Of a stretch of 64,000 nucleotides of DNA, positions 1-19,390 are shown piece after piece. This stretch comes from the human T2T-CHM13v2.0 reference genome, Homo sapiens. Made by a program: the position numbers and the translations under genes. The notes beneath the pieces are model-generated. The model worked only from the letters and a program-made list of their open reading frames with translations. It had not been told where the DNA came from and searched no databases. The first letter of the stretch is position 1. Each line of letters opens with the position of its first letter. The DNA is taken from assembly GCF_009914755.1 (NCBI RefSeq), contig NC_060930.1, one strand, 5' to 3'.

Positions 1-1439
1 AGAGAATTGCTCAGACGCTTGTCAGATGCCTGAACCACATACTTATTTGAGAATGTGCCATCATAGGAAGCTTTCATTCACCAAGGTCACCGAGAGGGCA
101 GCCCAGGGAAGCACGTTGAACTTCACATGGTTCTGGCCACTCGTGTCAGTAGCAAAGCAAGGAAATAAGGAGCTGACTTGCCCAAAAATTACAAGTTCAG
201 AGAAAACGGACTTGTTTTGTTTGGAAAAGGCAGATAACGGAGCAGTAACTAAAGAATCCTCTTTTTTTATTATTATTGTTGTTGCTCAATTTATAAACCT
301 AAACAGAAAATGTGTGTTGCCTTATTTCCTCTTCTTTTCTACAGATAACTTTCTTTTAAAACATTCTAAATATTAAGCAACATTATAAGTACAGATTTTT
401 TTTTTTTTTTTTTTTTTTGAGTTGGAGTCTCACTCCGATCATCCAGCCTGGAGTGCAATGGCGCGATCTTGGCTCACTGCAACCTCTGCCTCCTGGGTTC
501 AAGCAGTTCTCCTGCCTCGGCCTCCTGAGTAGCTGGGATTACAGGCACCCACCACCACATTTGGTTAATTTTTGTATTTTTAGTAGAGATGGGGTTTCCC
601 CATGTTGGCCAGGCTAGTCTCGAACTCCTGACTCACCTCAGCCTCCCAAAGTGCTGAGATTACAGGCGTGAGCCACCACACCCGGCTAGTACAGAATTTT
701 TTATGGCCCCTTTTAAAGACTGCAAACCTTTTTATACCAAAAAAAATTATTTTTCCTGTATTTATTTTACACATTAGTAAATGAATGAAATTTTGGCTCT
801 AGGTTTAGAAAGCAATTTCATTTTAAGCTCATTTTACTGTGTCATTGGACTTTTTATTAATTTTATTCTTGAACTACTTAGCTGAAAATCGAATTCTGTC
901 ATTATATGTAATCATATAATGCTTCTCATAATGTTACACTTTAATTAGATGCAGTTGAATAATAACCTAAAAAATCTTCATAGTCTATAAAATTCACACT
1001 TATATTTATAAGACAATATTATCTCACCCATTGATACATAATGTTATGTTAAAAGTACACAATATGGCCAGGTGTGGTGGCTCACGCCTGGAATCCCAGT
1101 ACTTTGGGAGGCTGAGGCGGCAGATCACTTGAGCCCAGGAGTTCGACATCAGCATGAGCAACATGTTGAAACCCCGTCTCTACCAAAAATACAAAAATTA
1201 GCCAGGCATGGTGGCGCACATCTGTAATCCCAGCAACTTGGGAGGCTGAGGCAGGAGGATCACTTGAACCCAGGGGACAGAGGTTGCAGTGAACAGAGGT
1301 TGCAGTGAGCGGAGATTGTGCCTCCTCTGCACTCCAGCCTGGATGACAGAGTGATACTCTGTCTCAAAAAATAAAAAGAGTACACAATATTATCTCACCC
1401 ATTGATACATAATGTTATGTTAAAAGCACACTGCATTCT

Positions 1440-5540
<4,101 letters not shown>

Positions 5541-5579
5541 TAAATAATACAATTTTATCCAAAATAAAGTTGTGAAAAG

Positions 5580-6955
5580 TAGAAAAATGAGGAAAAAGTT
5601 TCAAAGGTTAGAGGGGTCAGTCCAGGAGACCTAACATCTAACTAATGGGAATTCCAATAAGACAGAAGAAACCAGAAGGGAAGAAATTATCAGAGAAATA
5701 ATCCTCAGCCTTCCACCCAAAATTTTCTCTCCTAGAACTGAAGGACTCCCAAATCAAAAGGGTCAGCAAAATAAATGTATAGACTCACACCAACACACTT
5801 CATCATAATAGTAAAAAGAACAGTAGAGTCAAAAAGAGGATACTAAAAGCTTTCAGAGGGGGAAAAAACAAAACATGCAAATAATCTGGAACCCGAATGG
5901 CATCAGACTTTTCAACAGTAATACTGGGCTGGGTGCAGTGGCTCACGCCTGTAATCCCAGCACTTTGGGAGGCCAAGGCAGGTGAATCACCTGAGGTCAG
6001 GAATTCAAGACCAGCCTGGTCAACCTGATGAAACCCCATCTCTATTAATAGTACAAAAATTAGCTTATTTCTTAAAAGCCAGCAAGGGGGATGGTTTTTT
6101 CCTTGGGCTGGTGGCACGCACCTGTAATCCTAGCTACTCGGGAAGCTGAGGCATGAGAATTGCTTGAACTTGGGAGGTAGAGGTTGCAGTGAGCCAAGAT
6201 CGTGCCACTATACTCTAGCCTGGGCGGCAGAGTGAAACTGTGTCTTAAAAGAAAAAAATAAATAAAAGTTATCAAAAAACAAAAACAAAACCGTAATACT
6301 GGAGGCTAGATTACAATAGAGCAATATCTTCAAAATTCAAGGAAAATGGCCAGGCGCGGTGGCTCACGCTTGTAATCCCAGCACTTTGGAAGGCCGAGGC
6401 GGGCAGAGCACGAGGTCAGGAGATCCAGACCACGGTGAAACCCTGTCTCTACTAAAAATACAAAAAATTAGCCGGGCGTGGTGGCAGGCGCCTGTAGCCC
6501 CAGCTACTCCGGAGAGGCTGAGGCAGGAGAATGGCATGAACCCAGGAGGTGGAGCTTGCAGTGAGCCAAGATCGCGCCACTGCACTCCAGCCTGGGCGAC
6601 AGAGCAAGACTCTGTCTCAAAAAAAAAAAAAAAAAAAAAAAAATCAAGGAAAATAATATACCCAGCTAAACCATCATGAAGTGTGATAAGAATAATGACG
6701 AAGCCAGACATTTTAGAAAAATCTACCCCTAGCGCCCTTTTTCTCAAGAAGCCACTAGGGGAGTATTTCACTCAAATGAGCAAGCAGAGGAAGGAGGATT
6801 GCTTGAGCCCAGCCTGGGCAATGTACAGAGACCCCATGTCTACAAAGAAATAAAAGAAGAAAATTAGCCAGGTGTGGTGGCCTGTAGTCCTAGCTACTCA
6901 CTCAGGAGGATGAGGTAGGAGAATTGCAAGTAAATGAGCAAGTAAACCACAGAAG
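5580..6955 (+). mobile_element. Second old L1 ORF1 remnant fragmented by Alus
   Basis: atggcatcagacttttcaacagtaatactggaggctaga...ttcaaaattcaaggaaaat...tatacccagctaaaccatca matches L1M ORF1 3' sequence. Confidence 0.7.
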
Positions 6956-6957
6956 AA

Positions 6958-7430
6958 TATTAATTTTCTCTTTTTTCTGCTGCATAACAAATGAGCACAC
7001 ATTTAGTGGCTTAAAACAGCTCACATGTATTATCTTCCATTTCTCTGGGTCAGCTTAGCTGGGTTCTCTGCTTCAGACTGCGAAAATTGTCTCATCTGAG
7101 GCCTGGGTTCCTCATCAAAGCTCATTTGGCAGAATTCCATTCCTTGAAGTTGTGGGACTGAGGGCCCAGCTTTTTGCTGGCTGTCAGCTGGAGGCCACAC
7201 CCAGGTCCCAGAGGCCATGTGGGTTTTTGCCATGAGACCTTCTCCTTCGTCCATTCACAGCATGGCAGCTTATTTCTTGAAAGCCAGCAGGGGGGATGGG
7301 TTTTCTCTGGAATCTGTTAGATGGAGTGACCTCCCTTCACTGTCACTCGTGCCATATTCTGCTGGTGAGAAGCAAGTCACAGGCCTCACCTGCACTCAGG
7401 GAGGGACTCACTGGGAGTCGCCGCCACAGT
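6958..7430 (-). mobile_element. MLT1 (E/F-like) LTR
   Basis: tgctgcataacaaa..ttagtggcttaaaaca.. reverse MLT1 3' end. Confidence 0.7.
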
Positions 7431-8410
7431 GTGGCTCCAGGAATGGAAACTACCACACTGCAGAGGTGCAGGGAATCCCCAGGATTATGGTCAAGAAAGA
7501 GCCCACTAAGTGTTTTGTTCAGTAGGCCTGCAGGATGAAGGGTGCCAGGAGGATGGCTCCATGAAAGACTGAGCCTATACGTGAACGTACTGAAAGCTGA
7601 CTTACAGTTCAGCCAGTGTGGTGGTATGTGATTGACAGCGCCCTAGCAAGATGAGCAACAAAGATACAAGACTCCAGCAGAAACAAGCTGCAGAAGAACA
7701 GGAGTGTAATCAATAAATCAGATGGCCTTGCTGTGAACGGTTACATAGCTCTGATAAATCCTGATCTAACCAAAAGTCATGACAGCTTGATATTTGGGAG
7801 CTGGAGGGGGTGGGGAGTAGGGGTAGTAGGATATGAAGGAGCTTAAGTCCCCATTGTTGATATTAGAAATCCAGTGGGTAACATCTGAACGGCAAGACCA
7901 GGACAGCAGCGAAAGGCAAAAAGACACCACTGAGTGTTGACAGTGGCTGCCTTTCAGGAGTGGGAATGCCACTGGGGGCAGGGCAGTGGGGGGCAGGGAA
8001 CAGGTTTTTCTGTTTGTTTTTTGTTTGTTTGTTTGTTTTGTTTTGAGATGGAGTTTCACTCTTGTTGCCCAGGCTGGAGTGCAATGGCATGATCTCGGCT
8101 CACAGCTGGAGTGCGATGGCGTGATCTCGGCTCACCGCAACCTCCGCCCCCCGGATTCAAGCAATTCTCCTGCTTCAGCCTCTCAAGTAGCTAGGATTAC
8201 AGGCATGCACCACCACGCCCAGCTAATTTTGTATTTTTAGTAGAGACGGAGTTTCACCATGTTGGTCACGCTGGTCTCAAACTCCCGACCTCATGTGATC
8301 TGCCCACCTCGGCCTCCCAAAATGCTGGGATTACAGGTGTGAGCCACTTCGCCTGGCCATGGGAACAGTCATGTTGCATAGTAAGCCCTAAAGAGCAGTG
8401 TGATCTCTTA

Positions 8411-8581
<171 letters not shown>

Positions 8582-9191
8582 TTAAAATACAAAAAAAATA
8601 GCTGGGCGTGGTAGTGCACATCCATAAATCCCAGCCACTCGGGAGGCTGAGGCAGGAGAATTGCTTGAACCTGGGAGGTGGAGATTTCAGTGAGCCGAGA
8701 TTGCGCCATTGCACTCCAGCCTGGATGACAGAGTGAGACTCTGGCCCAAAAAAGAAAAAAATAATCCTATTGGTCTCATAGTGTTTCTCTGTATTTTTAA
8801 TATACTGTGTATGTGCTTATGAGAAACCGAAAGAGAAGTGATTTGTGAACGATTTGAGGACTTTTGGTCCACGTTTTTTTCTCCCACTTATACTTGTGGC
8901 ATAATCCAGAGGAAGAAGGGCAGCTGCGGAGTCCCAGCAGTGTTGCGGGTATCAGGGCAGCCAGTGAGAGGATGGAGGAGAAACCCAGGAGAGGGCAGAG
9001 GAGGAGGGACAGCTGTGCCCACCTGGTCCTTTCATTGTTGTCTGCCTCTGCCCTTGCAGTTAGAAAAAGAGTGTTCTGTGTATAGAAGCCTTTGCAAGTA
9101 GCATAGTTAGGAGTCTTTCGGTCCAGGAATTGAAGGTGCTAAAGCAGGAGGAAAACATACATAGAAGAAAGGAAATGTCCACATAAGTAAG

Positions 9192-9642
9192 TGTATTAGT
9201 CTGCTAGGGCTGCCGTAACAAAAGACCATAGACTGGGTGGCTTCAACAACAGAAGTTTATTTTATTTTCTCACAGTTCTGGAGGCGGGAAGTCCAAGATC
9301 AGGGTGCTGGCAGGGCTGGTTTCTGCTGAGGCCTCTCTTCTTGGCTTGCAGACAGCTGTCTTCCCTGTATGTCGTCTTCTCTGTACACAAACATCCCTGT
9401 GACCTCTTCCTCTTCTTTTAAGGACACTCAGTCCTATTGGATTAGGGCCCCATGCTTATGACCTTTTTGGGTTGTTTTTTGTGTTTGTTTTGAGATGGGG
9501 TCTTGCTCTGTCACCCAGGATGGAGTGCAGTGGCACGATCATGGCTCCCTACAGCCTCGACTTCCTGTCTCCAAATGTAGTCGTATTGGGGGATTAGGAT
9601 GTCAATATAGGGGTTTTGAGGGGATGCAGTTCAGTCCATTAT
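9192..9642 (-). mobile_element. MLT1A-type LTR containing an Alu fragment
   Basis: tgtattagtctgctagggctgccgtaacaaa..cacagttctggaggc..aagtccaagatcagggtg. Confidence 0.8.
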
Positions 9643-9750
9643 ATACAGTAAGCCACTTCTAGACCCAGTCTGAAGTCCTGAGCATTCAGCTGGTATCTGG
9701 AGTGGATCACCTAAGAAACATTACAGAACAATATAGGCCTCTGGTATTTA

Positions 9751-10446
<696 letters not shown>

Positions 10447-11787
10447 TCAGCTAAGTGAAAGCACTGTCCATCCTCCCCACCCCTTCCTTCCTGCTTCCTC
10501 CTCTTCCCATCTCCTCCAGCTTCTCCTTAAAGGGACTACCGAATGATGATTTCCTTGCCAGTAGGACCTTGACATAAAACCCAACCCACAACATCACAGT
10601 TGATTTTCAAGGGATGAGCTTCTCAGAAACCAGAATTTAATTACTTAATTTTGAGTTTCCAAACAATAAAATATATTATTAAATTGATTTGTTTTCCACA
10701 CGTAGTGGAGATTTTCATGGTGTGCTACCTGTCGGTCAAACGGCTGATGAATGAGTATGTCGCAAAAACTCTAGGTGGGAATATGACACATGAGGAATGG
10801 AATTTGTGCTTCAGCTCTTCCCAGCATCTTCTTTGGCTGCACAAGAGTTGGTAGTCTTTCATCTCCTAAGGACTGAAGGGCCATTTAGAATCACACCTGT
10901 TTTGAGTTTATAGTCACGCTTCTGAAACTTTCTGTCTTACAGCCTTATCTGACCTCAATCAAGCTACCCCTGTTCATTTAAATACTTTAGGTCTTGGCTA
11001 TTGGTTTAGCTTAACATTTGATTGCCATAAATAAGAACTACAGAAAGCGTGACTTGTAAAATTGTAGACCCAGAAAAATTAGGGAACAATCTCATAATAC
11101 TAATGAAACCTTTTTTCCCATAAAATAAATACATAATTAGATATAGAAGATTTTTTTTTTGGTTTAAGCTATCTTTTCCTATTTCTATCTTAAATAATTT
11201 ACAACTCTCCTTTAATCCAGGCAATTATCAATTCTATAATAAAATAACAACAATGGGTACTGTGTATTAAACTCTAAACTAGGGTCCTTCATCTCATTTG
11301 AATTTTGAAATGACTCCATAATATATTGTTATACTCATGCTGTAGTTATAGATAAAGAACGAGGGCTGACCTTTGACAATCACAATAAAAAAAAACAAAA
11401 CAAAAGAAGTGAAGGCTGAGCGAAGTAACTCACCCAGCAAGATGCAATTCGTATAGGGTAGAGTCCCCTGTCTCCCGATAATGCTTTGCCCCACACCTGA
11501 AAGTCTTGATCTGGTTCCCATTACCCCTCAGACTTTGGGTCCCCAGTAGAACCTTTGCACTTGCAGTTCTCCTTCCTAATGGGCTCAGGGAAACTCACAT
11601 GACTGCCTGGAGGCTGTTTCTGCACCTGTAGATGGGAATGGGCAAGTCTCTCCCGACTCACTTGTCTCATAGTGTTGTTGAAAGGCTCAGGTGTGATCAT
11701 TACAGTGAAATAAGGAAAGGCAGGGAAGAATCTCCATCATTCTCCAAATACGAAGAATGAAATGCAATTTTTTTTTTTTCTTTTTGA

Positions 11788-12003
<216 letters not shown>

Positions 12004-13317
12004 TGATCTGCCCACCTCGGCCTCTCAAAGTGCTGGGATTACAGGCGTGAGCCACAGCGCCCGGCCACAAATAAGTTTATACCCTTGTAGTCATGGCCTT
12101 TCTTTTATCTTTCTGGTAATGAATAAAAATGAAGCATATAAGTGACAGAGAAACCAGCTACTTGATCAATAGTGGCATTGTTTCACAATTGTCTGTATTG
12201 GATTTTGCCAACCCACTAGAGAGTTACCAAAGCACATTTCTGACATAACTATGATTGATTTTTTTTTAATTTTTGACTAAATATGTTACTTTGACTAAAT
12301 TGGTTACTTCATTGCATAATGGTGACCATTTACACTTTTCAGATAGGTACAAAAAATCTGTGTATTCTAGCTGGCCATGAAAGAGTAGCAAGCCTGTTAT
12401 TTTTAAGAAAAAAGCTCGAGTAGTTACTGTATTTGTATCATTTTGGAAATCTCTCATTTTTCTAATCAGCAAAATGGGGATAATGTAAATAACAATAACC
12501 CTGACCTCACAGGGTTCTTGGGATTAAATGAGATATGGTGCATACAACGTGCTTAGCATGGCGCCTGGAGTATGGTCAGAACTTAACAAACACAAGTTAT
12601 AAATGAGGTCCCGAAATACAAGAAATTCACTTCCTCAGAAACCTTCCTTGAGCCTGGCTACATCTATAGCTACATTTTCTACATGTTAAATGCCTCCCTC
12701 AGAAGTGTCACTGTTGGAGTTGCCAGGGCACCAATTTATTACTTTGAAAATAGATAAATAAAAGAATCAAGACAAAAGAAAAAGGTGCTACCAAAGAAGA
12801 CATTCTGTCTTACACTGGATCACACGAGATGTGGATATTTGGCCCGGAACTGCTCACATGGGTCAGCAAGCCTGAGAATGACCGTGGAGAGAAATGGCTG
12901 GGGCTGCAGGACTCAGCCAAGCCTGGCACGCGTGTCTTCCGGGCACCGGAGCAGGACGTTGTCTGAAAACATGAAGAATGAAATGGAAGTAATGTAATAC
13001 CTGGGGTCGGGGCTGGGGGAAGCTTTCTAAGTACAGGCAGGGTCTTTCTATGTTGCCCAGGGTGGTCTTGAACTCCTGGCCCCAAGCGATCCTCCCACCT
13101 CGGCTTCCCAAAGTGTGGGGATTGCGAGTGTGGGCCACTGTGCCTGGCCTAATTACTGATTTTAAATATTAATCTTTCTAAAAGTCAAACTCCAGAACTG
13201 TGCATGTAGAACTATCCAATTTCTGTATATAACTATAGAAATATATATTAGACGGGCCGGGCGTGGTGGCTCATGCCTGTAATCCCAGCACTTTGGGAGG
13301 CTGAGGCGGGCAGATCA

Positions 13318-13608
<291 letters not shown>

Positions 13609-14006
13609 TTAGATAAGCACATTGTTTATATAGGAATCAAAAATTACCTGTGAGTAATTTTTATTTATGTAATTTAATAATTACATAAAAATTATTTGCA
13701 GAGGTTACCTCTGGAAGCAGTATTAGAAGTGGAGGACTTTTTTCTTCTATGTTGAAAATATTTTAAGTAAATTTTTAAAAACGAATAGAAATTTAATCAG
13801 GAACAGGCTTTCTACCATTAAAAAACTTTATAGTCTTCTTTACAAAAGAAGAGAAATAATTGTACTTGTTCAGTCATTCAAGGCCACTGAAATAATTGGC
13901 ATAGCTTGAGCTCTGTAGTACTGTCACAATATGCAAACACAGTGTGGTAATTTTTATAGTAATTGAACATGACTTACGTCTTAGAAAGTCATAAGTTAGG
14001 AATTTA

Positions 14007-14399
<393 letters not shown>

Positions 14400-14404
14400 C
14401 TACA

Positions 14405-14551
14405 AGCAGGGACCAGGTCTTGGTCACCTGGTGTCCTTGTAGTAAGCTCTTAGCAGGGACTGGGTCCTGGTCACCTGGGTGTCCTGGTAGTAAGCTCTTA
14501 GCAGGGACTGGGTCCTGGTCACCTGGGTGTCCTTGTAGTAAGCTCTTAGCA
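14405..14551. repeat. 48-bp tandem repeat, 3 copies (14405, 14452, 14500)
   Basis: Unit AGCAGGGACTGGGTCCTGGTCACCTGGGTGTCCTKGTAGTAAGCTCTT; the first copy is 47 nt and more diverged. Confidence 0.95.
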
Positions 14552-15558
14552 AAGGTTGCTGAGTCAAATGAACTTCACCGTTTCGGTCCTTTGGTACAGT
14601 AACAGGCACTCAAGAGAGTCCACGCTGTAGGGTTGATCAGCCACCATGAGAGAGAAGTATACTCTAAGAGCACACACCATCAACCCCAGAGCATCCCTGC
14701 CGACCAGGAATGTAGTTACAGCGGTGCAGGTTCCCAGCTACCCCAGAGAAATCCCAGGAGAGTCCATCTCTACTAAGTCAAGCAAATAGAAATTGCAACT
14801 GTAGCAGCACAATCTATTTTCATTATATAGTGTGTGTCTCTCTCTCCCCTCATCTCTCTCTCTCTCTCCTTTCCCCTCGGTCACTTGACATTGATACTGG
14901 GACATTTATCCTCGTGCATCATCTTAGAGTTACATTTGTATAATTATCAACATGGCCATTTGATATAAACAATTCCGTCCCTCACATCCAAAGAAAAGGG
15001 AAGAGACAGAAAGAAAAGGCCTAATTTCTGAGCAATTTTTGTTGTTTGTTTCCCATTTTGTAATTGTCCTCCATCTTTACTCATCTGTTTTTTTAAATAT
15101 TAATTATTTTTTTGAGACAGGGTCTGGCTCTGTTGCTCAGGCTGGAGTACAGTGGTGCACATGGCTTACTGTAGCCTCGACCTCCTGGGCTCAAGAGATC
15201 CTCCCACCTCAGCCCCCTAAGTAACTGGGACCACAATTGTGCACCACCACACCTGGCTAATTTTTGTTTGTTTTTTGTAGAGATGGGGCTTTGCCATATT
15301 GCCCAGGCTGGTCTTGAACTCCTGGGCTCAATCCATCCTCCTACCTGAGCCTCTCAAAGTGTCAGGATTACAGGCGTGAACCACCATGCCTGACCAAAAA
15401 TACTTTCTGAGGGTCTAATATTGCCAGGCACCGTGTTAACAATTCAGAAAATACTCCTGCTTAATAAATAAAGACTTGAATTTTTTTAGTTACTTCATTG
15501 AAAAGAAAATCTTTTTATTTAAATTGTATCGTCAGCCAGGCGCAATTGCTCACCCCTA

Positions 15559-15930
<372 letters not shown>

Positions 15931-16921
15931 TCAGCCATCCATCAGAGAAGGAAAGAAATATGTAGAAGGACTGTCTTCTGCTTCAGATCATGAACTGTAG
16001 GAACAAAATAGATATGTGTAAAAATGCTGCTCCTTTTCTGAACCAAAATAAAATTAGATTTTTGTTGTTGTGGTTGTTGTTGGAAAAGGTAGTAGATTTC
16101 AGGCAAAATCAGAAAATAAATTATTTCAGAAACACAACAAAACTAAGTACAACGATATTTTGGTTAAGAAAATTATGGTTAGAAATTATGATTCTATCAC
16201 TTTATGAAACAGAATCTTTAATAATTTTTCAGCTTATACCAAGGATATTCTTTTATTTCTTAATGACTAGTTTTAAATATATGACTGTTCTCTCTGTACA
16301 GATTTTTAATTAATGCTCATAAAGGCTATTGATAGAACTCATTCTTTCTCCAAAATGGAGTTAACCCGAAATGGGTAGAGATTCAGAAGCTTCATTGTAG
16401 TTAAAATTAGGGTCATGAAGGGCAAAAGCCCAGGTATTTCAGCCTTTGTAGAGGAATCCATTAATGCAGCATTACAAGTAAGTGTAATTTAGTGGCTCCT
16501 TAGTTATTTTAAGCAAGAGGCCTCCTTAAAGGGCACACAGATAAAGTCAACATAGATCTCCACTGACCCCAGGCGTGCGGCCAGAGGTCAACTCCCAACG
16601 GCTGTCTGGGCTCCTTTTTCCCTGCAGTGCTGTATGTCTGGGGGGGTGACAATCCTTTGATAACAGTTTTTTTTATTGGGAGAAAATTTGTGGGAATGCA
16701 TAAGGTCTTGCTAACATAATTCCACATTATGCTTGCTCAACAGGAGAAGTTTTAGTTTAAATGTAGACTTATTGGAGATGGCTGTATATCTGCAGGTCAG
16801 GGAGTCTCGCGTCTGCAGATTCTTTGTGGTTTCTCGTCTGTCGTCGCTTATCCCAAATAAGTAGCTGCACTTCTTGGAAGAGATGATTGCGTCACTTGAA
16901 GGGGTCATGGGAGTCTACTGA

Positions 16922-17212
<291 letters not shown>

Positions 17213-17987
17213 TAGAAGAGACAGAGTTTCGCCATGTTGGCCAGGCTGACTTCAAGTGATCCGCCCGCCTCGGCCTCCCAAAATGCTGGGATTACAGGCA
17301 TGAGCCACTGCGCCCGGCCTGGCCAGGTTTAGATCCTGGTTTTGTGAAAGAATCAGAATGACTAGAAGATTCATGTTCCGATCCACTGCAGCTAACAAAT
17401 ACAGCTCCAGGAACCGCACAAATCCTGCATCGCCTTTCATCAGCAGATAGTTAAAGGCGGAGAATTGGGTTTTCTTGTTTGTAAAGATAGTGCGTGTAAA
17501 CAAGCATGCAGTAAATTATGTTATCTGCAGTAGAGTCTTCCATTGGTAGCTTTGGTCAGACGAGCTGAAATACACTGCCTTCAGGGTTCTTCTTGGTTTG
17601 TCACCGTGAGTAGAGATTTGAATTTACACTGCCTCATCTGTACTGAATTCTGCCCTTGCTGTGAATCATGTCACAGTCTCAGAAGCAGCAGCAGCCATAG
17701 AGTCCAGTGACATCCTTACCAGTAAGATACCTTTGACCTAGAGAGTTCATTTCAGGGGTGGGGCAGCATCAGTGTGGCTAAATGTGAATATTCATTTCTT
17801 TTTCTTAAACTATAAAATGCTTGTTCTTTTCCAAATCCATAGCTAGGCACAGATTATAGAGGCATCTTAAAAAGCCTTCTATAGCTGGGTGCAGTGGCTC
17901 ACGCCTGTAATCCCAGCACTTTGGGAGGCTGAGGCGGGTGGATCACTTGAGGTCAGGAGTTTGAGACCAGCCTAGCCAACATGGTCA

Positions 17988-18161
<174 letters not shown>

Positions 18162-18934
18162 TCAAAAACAAAAACCTCCTATAAATGCCATAAGATGCCG
18201 GCAAATGCCATCTCAAAATGCAGTTAGGCAGGAAAATTACCTGGTATGAGTTGTAACCTAGGCAACTGGAAAAAAATATGTGTCCACCAGTTACCCTTGT
18301 GTTTGATGTTTCAAGTAGTAGAACAGTATAAGTGTGGTTTTCTTTCTGGGGTCTCCCCCATTGTATGCACTCACTGTAGTAACCAGAGGAAAATGTTACC
18401 TTCCTGCTGGGAACCTTAACTTCCGAGGCTGTGATACCCATCTTCATACCTAAAGTTTTAACATATAGCAAGTCCCCACCTACAAGCAGGTCTTATGTCA
18501 AAAGTGTAGTTGCAGTTTATTGCCTGGAACCCGGAATGGATTTTCCCATAGGCGTGTTATGAACGGCAGCTGTATTCCAGGCAGCTGTGGAAGCCTTTTT
18601 AGCCCATTTATATACCTGAAGTGCAGTCATGTGCAATTAGCAAGACAAGAACCAGCCATCATCCATCACAATGTTTTATGTGTTCCCCCAGCCTCCCCAC
18701 TCCCACTCTCAGTTGGCCCAGCTAGGCAGGGAAGGGGGTGTTAATGAGGCCTGCAGGTGCACAGATTTACTCCCCACCTGCTGCATCTGCAGGGGTTAAA
18801 CCGGCTTTTCCCTCCCCTTCGCTCTCACCATTCCTTCTCTCCCTCTCCCCACCCCCAGTCTCCCTTTCCCTGTGCTGAAGGGGCTGGGCAGTGAAGTGAG
18901 GAAGGGTGGCTGGAGCTGTTGGGGGCTGAGGCCA

Positions 18935-19095
18935 CATTGTGCAGTTCACATCAGAACCCCCTGGGGACTTGCTCCAGTTGCAGATTCAAATGCAGCAGGT
19001 CTGGGGTGGGCTCTGAAATTCCGAATATCTAACAGGCTCCCAGGTAATGCCCATGCACAGGCCCACAGGCCCCATTTGAGTAACAGGAGTCTCTA
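18935..19095. mobile_element. MER5-type hAT MITE (another at ~36820-36985)
   Basis: cacatcagaacccc..gcaggtctggggtgggc..taacaggctcccaggtaatgc. Confidence 0.65.
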
Positions 19096-19390
19096 AACAC
19101 CATGCAGGGAGGAGAGGCTGGTGAAGAGGGAAACCTCGAGTCACGACTGAAAGGCAGTGGAGGGTGAGAGCTGAGTTCTATTCTCTAGGCCTTAGGGAGG
19201 TCCCTTTTACACTGAGAACTTTTTGCCACATGGGAAGAAGCAGGCAAACCCTGGATGCCATCAGGTGCTGGCACATCGCAGCCTCATCTCATGCAAGGTG
19301 TTCTTGGCCAGGGCCTGTGGAGGTTCTACATGATATGGCATTAACCCTCGGGAGAGCAGGCACAGTAGAACCTGAATGTCTCCTCCAAGC

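Noticed and set aside
26-376. 116-aa ORF at the window start
   Set aside because: No recognisable domain, runs into low-complexity T-rich sequence, not MTHFD1L-like.
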